IMG/VR virus record: IMGVR_UViG_3300027899_000001
Span: 341,017-405,016 of that record
Reading direction: 5' to 3' (one strand)
DNA: 64,000 bases
This document shows, in pieces, positions 34,438-44,654 of this stretch (positions are counted from its first letter, which is position 1; every line of letters begins with the position of its first letter). The position numbers and the translations under genes are program-made. The notes under the pieces are model-generated. The model saw nothing but the letters and a program-made list of their open reading frames with translations, was not told the origin of the DNA and did no database searches.

Positions 34438-35034
34438 TTACTGTTTTTTATATAAAATATTAAATTTTTCTAATGCCATTTTAATTCTCTTATCATGTTC
34501 AAACGCCCATTCATATTTATCAATATCTTCAACCGGAATCCAATGCACCATATCTACTTCTTCACTGATAAATTGTTCAATATCTCTTGGAAGTAATTTT
34601 TGTGCAAGCGTAAAATCAAAAGCTAAACAATAATTTAATGCTATATTTTGACGGCATTCTTTAGATTCTGTTTCAACATAAAAAGGTTCTTTATTATTTG
34701 TAAATGCAAGATATTTTGAATAATCTTCAATAAGAAATGAGGTTTCTTCATATAGCTCTCTTCGTACTGCATCCCAGCCATTTTCATTCCAGTCTATGTA
34801 TCCTCCTGGAGCTACCCATTTTCCAGGTTCGTCTCTTATTATTTCAGATCTTTTTTCTCCAAGAACATGCACGCCATCACTAAATTCACCAAATACTATC
34901 GCTACTACTGCAACTGAACGAGATTCCCAAACTTCTCTTTTCTTAAAGAATTTTGAAAGTATCCAATAAATCCATTTTGGAAAAATAAAAACAAAATGGC
35001 AAGAGTTTAATTTATTAGTAAATATCGGTATCAT
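34438..35034 (-). CDS. Nudix hydrolase
   Basis: PGGYIDWNENGWDAVRRELYEETS Nudix box; WAFEH. Confidence 0.9.
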   Translation of the reverse strand: MIPIFTNKLNSCHFVFIFPKWIYWILSKFFKKREVWESRSVAVVAIVFGEFSDGVHVLGEKRSEIIRDEPGKWVAPGGYIDWNENGWDAVRRELYEETSFLIEDYSKYLAFTNNKEPFYVETESKECRQNIALNYCLAFDFTLAQKLLPRDIEQFISEEVDMVHWIPVEDIDKYEWAFEHDKRIKMALEKFNILYKKQ

Positions 35035-35327
35035 TTTTTATTTTTTATATTTTTTATCATTTCTATAAGATTTTCAGCCATGCCTGTTGATTTATCTTTA
35101 CACCCTAATAAATCTTCATACATTCCTAAAAAATCTTCTTCAGATACAGAATTAACTATTACACATTGATATTCTATTCCATATTTTTTTCTACAGTAAG
35201 TATCGAGTTTTGCTTTGGCATGCATTTTAGACATACAATTTTTTATTACCATTTCTTTACCGAAAAAATTTTGAAGTTTGCAATGAACTTCATACTTAAG
35301 TCGATAGGATTTACTATATTCAGCCAT
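35031..35327 (-). CDS. Hypothetical protein
   Basis: 98-aa ORF. Confidence 0.6.
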   Translation of the reverse strand: MAEYSKSYRLKYEVHCKLQNFFGKEMVIKNCMSKMHAKAKLDTYCRKKYGIEYQCVIVNSVSEEDFLGMYEDLLGCKDKSTGMAENLIEMIKNIKNKK

Positions 35328-35329
35328 GA

Positions 35330-35650
35330 CTAAAGTTTATTAATGATATCTAATATGTCATTATATGCTGTAATTTTTCCACGAATAAAATTACGTAAAA
35401 GCTTGTAATCAGGATCAAGTTCTTCATATTCTTTTTCCATTTCATTTTCACGTGTTACTATTTCTTCAACTAGCTTTCCTACAACTTTATCATTTTTAAT
35501 ATCTGAATAAGATTTATCAAATACTATTTTATCTGCAATTGCATCTGCAACAAATTGAGGATTAAAATGACTTGATGCATCAAGTTGTCCTGCCAATGAA
35601 TTTTGAAGAAGAGTTACAATAATTTCTTTTGCCCTTGCGTTATTTTCCAT
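35330..35650 (-). CDS. Hypothetical protein
   Basis: 106-aa ORF ending in TAG just before the next gene. Confidence 0.65.
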   Translation of the reverse strand: MENNARAKEIIVTLLQNSLAGQLDASSHFNPQFVADAIADKIVFDKSYSDIKNDKVVGKLVEEIVTRENEMEKEYEELDPDYKLLRNFIRGKITAYNDILDIINKL

Positions 35651-35701
35651 GATTTTTTATTTATGTAAATATAATCAAAATACTTGATATAAAAAAATAT
35701 A

Positions 35702-35932
35702 TTACCAAGATATTGTTGTTTCCACTGAATTTCCTTTTGACCATACTTCAATATTAAAACCATCTTTTACAAGCCAATCTTTTGTAATCTTAAAAAGATG
35801 TTCATTTATTTCTAATTCAAATTGGCCTTCTCTTACTTTTCTTTCAATATAAGATTTAATACGAGTGTATTGTTCTTGGCCCAATTCTGTACCCCATCCT
35901 TCTGCTTTTTCTCTTGCTTCTTGTGCGTTCAT
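35702..35932 (-). CDS. Hypothetical phage protein
   Basis: MNAQEARE...L..DGF...ISW pattern. Confidence 0.65.
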   Translation of the reverse strand: MNAQEAREKAEGWGTELGQEQYTRIKSYIERKVREGQFELEINEHLFKITKDWLVKDGFNIEVWSKGNSVETTISW

Positions 35933-35933
35933 A

Positions 35934-36200
35934 TTATTTACATTTTTTAATTGTATCGCCTACATTAAATGTTTGACTTATAGCATTTGCAAATGCTGAA
36001 GTGCATACAAAAGATTTAAATGTTCCATCGGCATCTTTTAAAACAAAAGAACCCCATTTTCCCGTTGAATCTTTTGTAGATTCAGCAAACATAATAACAG
36101 GGCATTTCATTCTAGCAAGTACTTGTTCTGGAAAATCTTGTCCACATGAATTTAACATAAATGTTAATAACACTATTAAAATAAAACCTTTAATTTTCAT
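35934..36200 (-). CDS. Putative lipoprotein
   Basis: Lipobox LNSC; ends VGDTI. Confidence 0.6.
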   Translation of the reverse strand: MKIKGFILIVLLTFMLNSCGQDFPEQVLARMKCPVIMFAESTKDSTGKWGSFVLKDADGTFKSFVCTSAFANAISQTFNVGDTIKKCK

Positions 36201-36454
36201 ATTGATTTATTATTTAATTTATCTTCTTTAATCGTAGTTTTTGCAGAATTAACTAGTAGCCATAAACCATCTATAGCCATAGCTAAAGAACATCCTGTAC
36301 AAAATAATGCTACTATCCATACCATCCACCCCGGAGTATTTACATCTATTAAACTTCTTACTACTATGCCCCCAATAACTCCCATTGAAATTGCACCTAA
36401 AATAAGAAACCACCAATAAAATTTAATTCGTTTTCCTGTTATTTCTGTTCTCAT
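36197..36454 (-). CDS. Membrane protein
   Basis: Two TM segments. Confidence 0.65.
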   Translation of the reverse strand: MRTEITGKRIKFYWWFLILGAISMGVIGGIVVRSLIDVNTPGWMVWIVALFCTGCSLAMAIDGLWLLVNSAKTTIKEDKLNNKSI

Positions 36455-36747
36455 TATTTAAGTATTTTAATTTGTTTTGCTAAAAACCATTTTCCACCTT
36501 GACTTGCGGGTCTATTAAATTCTGTGTAATCTTTCATTTCAACTTGTAACCAGACTCTACCTTTATTGCTTAAATGTGGTGCATCTGGATGCTCTGTACA
36601 ATGCCAAAAAGGACGTACCTTATATCCCTTTGTTGGATAAGATTTTGCATCTAACCATACATTTGCTTGTAATTTTTCACTTTTATTTATGAAAAGAGAT
36701 GTAATTTCTCCTGATTTAAGTTGTCTAAATAACTTATATACTATCAT
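36454..36747 (-). CDS. Conserved hypothetical phage protein
   Basis: YKLFR...LFIN...RPFWHC..PDAPHL...QGGKWFLA. Confidence 0.75.
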   Translation of the reverse strand: MIVYKLFRQLKSGEITSLFINKSEKLQANVWLDAKSYPTKGYKVRPFWHCTEHPDAPHLSNKGRVWLQVEMKDYTEFNRPASQGGKWFLAKQIKILK

Positions 36748-37056
36748 TTCTTTAAATCGTTATCAAGTTTATTTAATATTTCCACTCTTGCATTTTCTAT
36801 TTTATACATAATTAAAGCACCAATAGATCCCATAAAAAAGGAATCAGTTGGATGAATAATAGTAAATATCATTAAAATAATTACTAAAGATAAGTAAAAT
36901 AAACTGTAGTCTTTTGTTTTCATGTTATGTATTTTTATTTTGAAAGTTAAATATAATATAAATTCTTGATAAATAAAAATATTTAATGAATATTTTTTTC
37001 AAAAAATTAAAACAACTTATATTATTTTTTATATAAAATTTATATAATGATTAATC

Positions 37057-37860
37057 ATGAAAGATTTTAGAAAAACAGAAAATGGATTTTTTATTTGTGA
37101 AGAATGTGGGATAATAACTAAAAGAAAATCTGGGTTAAGTAAACATATTAATATTCATCATATTAATGTAAAAACATATTTTGATAAATGGATAAAAGAT
37201 ATCGATGATGATAAATGTAAAATATGTAAAAAAGAAACTAAATATCTTAACATAAAAACTGGATATAAAAATACTTGTTGTAAAAAATGCGAAAATTTAT
37301 ATAAACATAATAGAACAAAAGAAGAGTGTATTAAAAAATATGGAGTAGAACACCCTTTGCAAGATATATCTATAAATGAAAAACAAAAACAATCAATGAT
37401 AAATGTTTGGGGTGTAAGTAATCCTGGCCAATCAAATGAATTAAAATTAAAAAAGAAAAAAACTTTTGTATTAAGATATAAGTGTGAAAATCCTTTACAA
37501 ATTAAAACAATATTTTATAAAACTCAAATATCTGGATATAATTGTAAATTATTCAAAAATACTACTATTTATTATAGAGGCTCATATGAATTAGATTTTT
37601 TAGAAAAATATTATGACATATACCCCGATATTGAAAACGGTCCATCTATTAAATATAAAATCGGTGTAAAAAATAAAATATATTATCCGGACTTTTTTAT
37701 TCCGTCATTAAATCTTATAATTGAATGTAAAAATTCGTATTTAGCTAAAAAAGATAAAAAACTTATAAAGATTAAAGAAAATGCATGTATTGAAAACGGT
37801 TTTAATTATTGTATTATAATAAATAAACAATATGAAAATTTAAGATGGCTCAAGAATTAA
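37057..37860 (+). CDS. Free-standing endonuclease (zinc fingers, KYGV repeats, PD-(D/E)XK)
   Basis: CEEC..HINIHH; KKYGVEHPLQ; RGSYELDF, YYPDFFI...IIECKN. Confidence 0.85.
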   Translation: MKDFRKTENGFFICEECGIITKRKSGLSKHINIHHINVKTYFDKWIKDIDDDKCKICKKETKYLNIKTGYKNTCCKKCENLYKHNRTKEECIKKYGVEHPLQDISINEKQKQSMINVWGVSNPGQSNELKLKKKKTFVLRYKCENPLQIKTIFYKTQISGYNCKLFKNTTIYYRGSYELDFLEKYYDIYPDIENGPSIKYKIGVKNKIYYPDFFIPSLNLIIECKNSYLAKKDKKLIKIKENACIENGFNYCIIINKQYENLRWLKN

Positions 37861-38541
37861 TCCTATTCCTGAAATATTTTTTATATTTAATTTTATTTTA
37901 TTTTCTTTAAATGTCTTTCGTAAATAAGATAAATAAACATCACAAGATCTACCAGCAAAATAATCATTTGGTTTTCTCCAAACTTTTTCAAGTATAACTT
38001 CTTTTCTTACAACTTGTCCGTAATTTATTGCTAATACTTCAAGTATACTACCTTCTTTAGGAGAAAGCTCTTTAACTTCTTTTCCGTTATAAGAAAGAAT
38101 TCTACGAGTTGGATCATAAACACATTTTGCAAATTCAATTTTATCATGCATTTTAACTGTAAGTTTCTGAAGAACTTCAAATGTTTTTGTGTATGAAAGA
38201 ATATTATGTACAACTGATTTGACAAATACATTATATGCAGCATCTCCTTCAAATTTCATGGGTTCATTCACATAAATATCAGCAGGAACAGTAAAAGTTA
38301 ATTCATTTACAATAATTCCTATGATAGGAGTATATGGCGTACTTTTTTTAATAAAACCTACAGCCTTTTTGAAAAATAGAGTATCGTTTGATAAAATATA
38401 AGCTTCTGCACTGCCTTGCTCAATTTGTTCAAATAAAACATGTTCCATTTTTGCCCCAATTATTTCGTGGCCAGATTCTTTTGCGAATCTTATAAACATA
38501 TTTAACAAATCAGTGTTTTCTGTATTCACTACAATTTTCAT
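37840..38541 (-). CDS. OmpR/PhoB-family winged-helix regulator (RprY-like) with degenerate receiver domain
   Basis: LSPKEGSIL..L...G.VV.KE.IL.KVW...DYFAGRSCDVYLSYLRK...KNISGIG; N-terminal domain appears to lack the canonical acidic pocket. Confidence 0.85.
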   Translation of the reverse strand: MKIVVNTENTDLLNMFIRFAKESGHEIIGAKMEHVLFEQIEQGSAEAYILSNDTLFFKKAVGFIKKSTPYTPIIGIIVNELTFTVPADIYVNEPMKFEGDAAYNVFVKSVVHNILSYTKTFEVLQKLTVKMHDKIEFAKCVYDPTRRILSYNGKEVKELSPKEGSILEVLAINYGQVVRKEVILEKVWRKPNDYFAGRSCDVYLSYLRKTFKENKIKLNIKNISGIGLILEPS

Positions 38542-38601
38542 ATGTATTTTGTTAATTTATAATGCAAATATAAACAAAATCTTTGAATTAAAAAAATATT
38601 T

Positions 38602-38641
38602 GTTAAAAATTAATTAAGATTTAATGTTAATGTTTTGTTAA
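38602..38641. promoter_or_regulatory. Double GTTAA-N6-GTTAA direct-repeat box upstream of the regulator gene; representative of 11 sites
   Basis: (G/A)TTAA half-sites at 38602/38613 and 38626/38637, 11-bp period. Confidence 0.6.
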
Positions 38642-38853
38642 TGTTCTTTTATGTAATGAGAAATTACACTTACAAGTGCATCAGATTCTTCTTGAGTAAA
38701 TTCTCCATTTTTTACGGCTTCTGTCATTCTTTTTTTCACATCTCTAAGATATAAAAAATCGCTTAATTTTTCAAATATGAATATTAATATACATAATCCG
38801 GTAATAGACATTGTGATAATAAATAAAATGTTATTCATTGTTATAATATTAAA

Positions 38854-39636
38854 TTAAAATCCTAAGTGTTTTCTACGAACATATTCAAGATCATATGAAG
38901 TTGTTGTTAATGGAAATTCTGGATTATTAAAAGGATAATGCCATGGCCACATAGTCCTCCAATGTACTCCCCATTTTTTAGTAAGATATTCAAAATTTAT
39001 AATATTTACTTCATTTATTCTATTCCATAAAGCTTCATCACATCTTTTCGTTTGAGCTCCTGTTTTATAATAATCTGTTCCTCCGCCATGATAATATACA
39101 TGATCAAGCCCCATTACTCTTTTTATTGGATTATGTTTAAGTCTCATTATATAATCAGCATCTTCTCCATATGCAGGATATAAATTTTCATCAAATAATC
39201 CATATTTTTGAACGACCCAATCTTTTATAAGAAAAAGTTCCCAAGATCCAACTTCAGGAAAATCTCCAGGAGAACTATGAACTATACCTACTTCAGGATC
39301 ACTTGCTTTTTCCATCATTTCATCTAAAAATCCCGGTGTAAATTCAATATCATGATTACAAATTATCCAATAAGGAGCATTCATAAAACATTTTATTATT
39401 AAATTCCATGCGCCAGAACATCCTACATTTGCGGGCATATGCGTAACAATTATATTTTTAATATAAGGATGTGGAATTTTTGCAATATTATCAAGTTCTT
39501 CAATTAATTGACCACGACCGTTATTATCAAATATTACTAGTGTATCAGTAGGATAATCAACACTATCGATTAATTTTTGTATCCAATGTGGTCCATTAAC
39601 TATGGCAGTTCCTATTACAGGAATAGATGTATTCAT
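38854..39636 (-). CDS. Glycosyltransferase family 2
   Basis: IFDNNG, NVGCSGAWN, ICNHDI, GLFDENLYPAYGEDADY. Confidence 0.88.
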   Translation of the reverse strand: MNTSIPVIGTAIVNGPHWIQKLIDSVDYPTDTLVIFDNNGRGQLIEELDNIAKIPHPYIKNIIVTHMPANVGCSGAWNLIIKCFMNAPYWIICNHDIEFTPGFLDEMMEKASDPEVGIVHSSPGDFPEVGSWELFLIKDWVVQKYGLFDENLYPAYGEDADYIMRLKHNPIKRVMGLDHVYYHGGGTDYYKTGAQTKRCDEALWNRINEVNIINFEYLTKKWGVHWRTMWPWHYPFNNPEFPLTTTSYDLEYVRRKHLGF

Positions 39637-39647
39637 AAATTAATTTA

Positions 39648-40421
39648 TTAAAAACCTAAATATTTTTGTCTCATAAAATAAATGTCAAATGAATATGTAG
39701 TTAATTGCATTCTTGGATCATTGAAAGGTGTTTGATATGGATTAGTTTCCCAGTCATATCCCCATTTTCTATCAATGTAATTAAGATTTAGACTATTTAC
39801 ATATTTTAATTTTTCTGATAAAGAAGGATCACTTTTTTTAGTATTTTCGCCTGTTTTATAATAATCAGTGCTTAATCCGTGATAATAAGGCTTACTTAAT
39901 TTATATATAGCTTTTAATGGATATATTTTTAATCTTATAGCATAATCTAAATCTTCACAATAAGCAGGATACAAATTTTCATCAAATAAGCCTCTATATT
40001 GAATACTCCAATCTCTGATTAAAAATAAGTCATAACTTCCATCTCCAGTATCACCCGGTTTTCCAAAAATTATACCTACATCTAAATGTTTATTTGCGGT
40101 TTCTACCATTTCTTCTAAAAGTCCTGATGAAAATGATATATCATGATTACAAAAAATCCAGTAAGGAGCATTCATATAACATTTTATAGTTAAATTCCAT
40201 GATGCTGCTAAACCTATATTAGCAGGCATATGTGTTACTGTAATTTTTTTAATAAACTTATGAGTCATTTTTTTCATATTATCTAACTCTTCGTCTATTT
40301 CTCCTCTGCCATTGTTATTAATAATGACAAGATTATCTACTGGATAATCTATGCTTGCAATTAAACGATATAACCAATATGGATCATTAACTATTGCAGT
40401 GCTTATTACTGGTATTGACAT
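39648..40421 (-). CDS. Glycosyltransferase family 2, tandem paralog
   Basis: Same motifs as 38854..39636 with high similarity. Confidence 0.88.
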   Translation of the reverse strand: MSIPVISTAIVNDPYWLYRLIASIDYPVDNLVIINNNGRGEIDEELDNMKKMTHKFIKKITVTHMPANIGLAASWNLTIKCYMNAPYWIFCNHDISFSSGLLEEMVETANKHLDVGIIFGKPGDTGDGSYDLFLIRDWSIQYRGLFDENLYPAYCEDLDYAIRLKIYPLKAIYKLSKPYYHGLSTDYYKTGENTKKSDPSLSEKLKYVNSLNLNYIDRKWGYDWETNPYQTPFNDPRMQLTTYSFDIYFMRQKYLGF

Positions 40422-40468
40422 AATTAAAAAAATTAGTGAATTATAATATATATAATCACTAAAAAATA

Positions 40469-40514
40469 GAAGTTTCCGGCGGGGTAGGTCTATATCATGT
40501 ATGCCGGAAACTTC
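40469..40514 (-). terminator. Strong hairpin, probable terminator
   Basis: gaagtttccggc...gccggaaacttc 12-bp stem, 22-nt loop, followed by UAUUUUUU on the minus strand. Confidence 0.55.
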
Positions 40515-40975
40515 TGAAAAATATTATATTACTTTGAAAAGAAAAAGAGAAAAAGATAATAAACAAATTCCTAATAAAGTTAGATAACCTATTCGTATAG
40601 GTCTTTTGAAATCTGCCCACTCTTTTGATAACTTTTTCATTACAATATAATAGCTTATGCCTACTATTGTTAAGAGTACTACTAAATTTAGTAATTGAGG
40701 CAAAATGCTTCTTAAAAAGTCCATAATTTTAATTATTAAAGTTAGCGAATTTTACGAATAAGAATGTGTTTAGAAAGAACCATATATACGTTACAAGATT
40801 CAGTGATGTTGTAAACATGAAGTTCATTTTTAACTTTATCAATTCCTTTAATTTGTACAAGGTCATTAGCGTGAGTAATATAAACTCCGTCTTTTTTCAA
40901 TTCGTCTACTGGAAGAGATGGGTCTTTAAGTATTGGTTTCATATTGTAAATATTAAATTAAAACTTCAAATTATT

Positions 40976-41059
40976 TGCTCCAATATATAGATTCGAACTA
41001 TAAGCCTTTTCAGGTTCCTGGCCTCTATTTGGGCTCTCATCCAAATGAGTAAAGGAGTA
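40976..41059 (-). ncRNA. Degenerate tRNA-like element
   Basis: D arm CUCA-UUUGGA-UGAG, T arm UAUAG-UUCGAAU-CUAUA, partial acceptor stem, no canonical anticodon loop; has an upstream promoter motif. Confidence 0.5.
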
Positions 41060-41390
41060 TATTTTTAATTTTAAAGAACTGTTGTATTAATTATAGTGTA
41101 AATATAATACAAATATTTGATACAAAAAAATATTTTTCCATTTATTTTAACAAAATCTTAATTATTTTTCTACAGCCATTAAAAGTTCAAGATCTTTAAA
41201 AACTGCTTCTACTATTTTTATTTTATCTTTATAAGCTGAAATATGAGCATCCATTACAGTTGTTAAATAATCTGCGCCTGTTTGTTTTTTAAGTTTTTCT
41301 ATTTCAGCAATAGCATTTTCATATACAGTTATTAAACTTGTATATTTCTCAATGATTCTTTCGTACTCTTCTTTTTGTGTCATGATATTT

Positions 41391-42152
41391 TTATTTTAAT
41401 CGATTAAAAAATAATTCTGGTTTAAGTATTTCTTCTACAGTTGGAGGTTTATTATGAGCTAATATTTGTATTCCTTTTTTGAGCCCATATTTATCTAAAA
41501 AATCTCGTAAAAAATAATAAGAATAAACATATTTATTATTCACTTCATTATTTTTATCTAATAAATCTTCTATAGTTTGAGGAATTTGAATTTTATCTAA
41601 TGGTGAACATTCCTTTAAATGATACACAACATATTCGCACGTACCTTCTTCTATAAAATCTGCACTAAATTGAGAATTATAGGTTGAAACTGTTCTTAAT
41701 ATTTGATATTCTGGAGAAACTGATAAACTATCATTTTTCATCAGTATTGTTAGCTGATGAAAATATACGTGTGTTAATTCATGAAATACAACTGCTTTAA
41801 CACTTCTTTCTCTATATGAAGTTAGCATTTTTCGAAATTTAGATAAATCTTTATATTCATAACAAAGATATTTTTCTCTATTGGTTATAGCTATATCATT
41901 AGGAGGATAAAATTCGCCTAAATTATCTTCAGGAGAATCACCCAAGTCATCGGTATAAAGATTAACATCATATAATGTATCTATTTTATATTCATATTCT
42001 TTAATAAGACTTTCATTATTATCTTCAATATATTTTGTTATTCCATATCTTGAAGGTGCATGAAGATTATTATACATAATATCCTTTTGAAAAGGAGATA
42101 TCATAATAAGCCATAAAATAAAAATACCTACAAGATTATTGATACTATTCAT
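41391..42152 (-). CDS. Putative secreted zinc metallopeptidase
   Basis: N-terminal hydrophobic segment; VFHELTH and FIEEG gluzincin-like motifs. Confidence 0.7.
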   Translation of the reverse strand: MNSINNLVGIFILWLIMISPFQKDIMYNNLHAPSRYGITKYIEDNNESLIKEYEYKIDTLYDVNLYTDDLGDSPEDNLGEFYPPNDIAITNREKYLCYEYKDLSKFRKMLTSYRERSVKAVVFHELTHVYFHQLTILMKNDSLSVSPEYQILRTVSTYNSQFSADFIEEGTCEYVVYHLKECSPLDKIQIPQTIEDLLDKNNEVNNKYVYSYYFLRDFLDKYGLKKGIQILAHNKPPTVEEILKPELFFNRLK

Positions 42153-42469
42153 ATATATTTTTTACAAATATAAACCAAATTCTTGAATAAAAAAAATATT
42201 TTTATATTTATTTTAGTAACTATACCATTTTAATATACGTGTCGCGCGAGGGTTTTTATGATTCAGTCTAGAGTATCTGCATTCCTAGAGGGCTTTAGTC
42301 TTCAGTTATATGCAGTCAGTGAAAATAGTTTCGCACCAAAATTAATGTTCTGTTAAAAATAATTTAAAAATAAATGCATAAATATTTTTTTATTACATTA
42401 ATATTGTTTATATTTGTTCTCAACATAAATATATAAAGTAATGAATGCAATACTAAACAAATAAACAAG

Positions 42470-42991
42470 ATGGAAGTAATTAACAAATTAATATTCAAAA
42501 AGGCTTCAGGGGAAGTCGTTGATAATGTAGAAAAATATGTTAAGGATTGGACTAAAGAAAATCCTTATGGAAAAATTATTGTTGGATGTGATAGTCAAGT
42601 ACATGGACGCAGAATCAAATATTCAATAATTATTTGTATGCATTTTATTGACAGAATGCAGGTTGGTCACGGATGTCACTTATTAATATGTGATATTTGG
42701 GAAAAACGAATGAATAAATCTCAAGTTGATGAAATGCCATCTAAACTTTGGAAAGAAGCTGAATTTGCATTACAGACTGCAGAATTGGTAAATGGAACAG
42801 ATGAATACTTCAAAAATCATATAGAAGTTCATTTGGATTTTAATTCAATTGCTGAATCTAATTCACATCAAAATCTATCCAATAGAATGTATGCATCTGG
42901 TATAGGATTGCTAAGTGGATATGGATATAAGGTTTTTGGAAAGCCTTTCGCAAAAATTTCCTCAAACTGTGCAGACCATTTCTGCAGATAA
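42470..42991 (+). CDS. RNase H-like YkuK (DUF458) family protein
   Basis: IIVGCDSQ, KLWKEAE, IEVHLDFN, KPFA..S..ADH. Confidence 0.85.
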   Translation: MEVINKLIFKKASGEVVDNVEKYVKDWTKENPYGKIIVGCDSQVHGRRIKYSIIICMHFIDRMQVGHGCHLLICDIWEKRMNKSQVDEMPSKLWKEAEFALQTAELVNGTDEYFKNHIEVHLDFNSIAESNSHQNLSNRMYASGIGLLSGYGYKVFGKPFAKISSNCADHFCR

Positions 42992-43058
42992 TTCAAAAGC
43001 CCGTATTTCTCGGGCCTTTTTTAATTTTAATATAGATGAATAAATATAATAAAAGGCC

Positions 43059-43397
43059 ATGAAAAAACTTCTTATTATTTTATTATTATCTTTAAGTTTA
43101 ATATCTTGCAGTAAATATTATACAATGGTTATCTATGATAGAACGTATCCTGCGGCAGATTCTGAAATAGCATATGCAGATTTATATCAACATTTGAAAT
43201 CATATAATATGGAATCTATTCCACTTGATAAATGGATTTATAATGACATGCAACATGATACTATTCATATTACTCAAAAAATGGCAGCAAAAGAAATAGG
43301 TAAAAAAGATAATGTATTATTTGTATTTACAGAATTTAAGTATCCAAAATCTTCATATTATAAATTTGTTATAAGATATACAGGAAAAAAGTACTAA
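43059..43397 (+). CDS. Putative lipoprotein
   Basis: MKKLLIILLLSLSLISC lipobox. Confidence 0.7.
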   Translation: MKKLLIILLLSLSLISCSKYYTMVIYDRTYPAADSEIAYADLYQHLKSYNMESIPLDKWIYNDMQHDTIHITQKMAAKEIGKKDNVLFVFTEFKYPKSSYYKFVIRYTGKKY

Positions 43398-43437
43398 ATT
43401 ATTTTTTTATATCAAGTATTTTGTTTATATTTGTATA

Positions 43438-43902
43438 ATGAAAATCTTAATCACAGGAAGAAGAAATTTTAATAAAATGATGGAATACAATGGTATCACT
43501 GATGCTAATGTAGAACAACATGATGATACTATGTTTATTTCAATCGTAAGTCCCGTAGAACCAGATTTATCTAAAAAAGATAATTCAGATTCCTATTTCA
43601 AAGAATGCCATTCAAATGTAAAAGTAATGTCTTTTGGAGATTATATGGATAGTGAAGCTAAAAGCAATCCTAATGTATTCACAAAAGAACAGGCTAAGGA
43701 ACTTTATGAGTTTATTATTAAAAATAAAGATAAGAAAATGGCCATTTTGCACTGTGGCGCTGGAATTTCAAGAAGTGGAGCAATCGGCACTTTCTTATTT
43801 GAAAATTTTGGTGATGGCAATTACGAAGAATTCAAAAGAAAAAATCCTCAAATTTGTCCTAATCCAAGAGTTCTTAGATTACTTAATGAATGTAAGAAAT
43901 GA
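43438..43902 (+). CDS. Cys-based (tyrosine/dual-specificity) phosphatase
   Basis: HCGAGISRS (CX5R), PNPRV. Confidence 0.88.
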   Translation: MKILITGRRNFNKMMEYNGITDANVEQHDDTMFISIVSPVEPDLSKKDNSDSYFKECHSNVKVMSFGDYMDSEAKSNPNVFTKEQAKELYEFIIKNKDKKMAILHCGAGISRSGAIGTFLFENFGDGNYEEFKRKNPQICPNPRVLRLLNECKK

Positions 43903-44654
43903 TATTAACAGAAGATCAATTACTGATGTTAAATAAATGTGTAGCTCAGGGGCCTATAGATAAGGCCTCTGTAGTTATATTTGGCAATGAGTTTGGAACT
44001 GCTGGTGGAGAAGGTGATACTGAAAGATGTGTTAATAGATTTATGCATGAATTTGCCACAAGAAAATTATTACAAATAGGTGAAGGATTTTCAACAATAG
44101 AAATAGACTCGCCACCTGTAAACTCAACTTTTCTTCAGTTCATTTCAAGATTTATGTTAGCACGTAAATATAAAGATGAAAGATTTTTCGGTGAGTTGTC
44201 AGAAGAAGGAAAAGTAGTTCTTAATAAGTATATAATGTATGACCTTTATAGAAAAGATAGTGCTATAATAAATCTCAGACCACTACCGCGTCACACAGAA
44301 AGGCATTGGGACTACTCTAATATAGATGAAAAGGAATATAATAGGCAATACAATTTTAGCCTTAAGAAGCCTTTGAATGACAAGTATAAAGAGATAAGAT
44401 TGACAGCTATGAAAGAAGCTTTTCAATTAGCCAAGAATGCTTTGATATTAGGATCAGGCGATAAAGATAATAAAAAGAAATTTTTTGAAACGATATATCC
44501 TGATATTAAATTTGAAGAATACATATTACTTGGAAATGTAAAGATATACGTATCAGAATTTCCTAAAATAATTCTTTCAAATTACTATGATCATAGAAGT
44601 GGTGTAGGATTAAATGGATTGAAAGAAATCTATAGATTTGTTAATACCCTTTAG
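43899..44654 (+). CDS. Hypothetical protein (possible UDG-like fold)
   Basis: 251 aa; G.....VIFGNEFG and NLRPLP pattern. Confidence 0.6.
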   Translation: MILTEDQLLMLNKCVAQGPIDKASVVIFGNEFGTAGGEGDTERCVNRFMHEFATRKLLQIGEGFSTIEIDSPPVNSTFLQFISRFMLARKYKDERFFGELSEEGKVVLNKYIMYDLYRKDSAIINLRPLPRHTERHWDYSNIDEKEYNRQYNFSLKKPLNDKYKEIRLTAMKEAFQLAKNALILGSGDKDNKKKFFETIYPDIKFEEYILLGNVKIYVSEFPKIILSNYYDHRSGVGLNGLKEIYRFVNTL

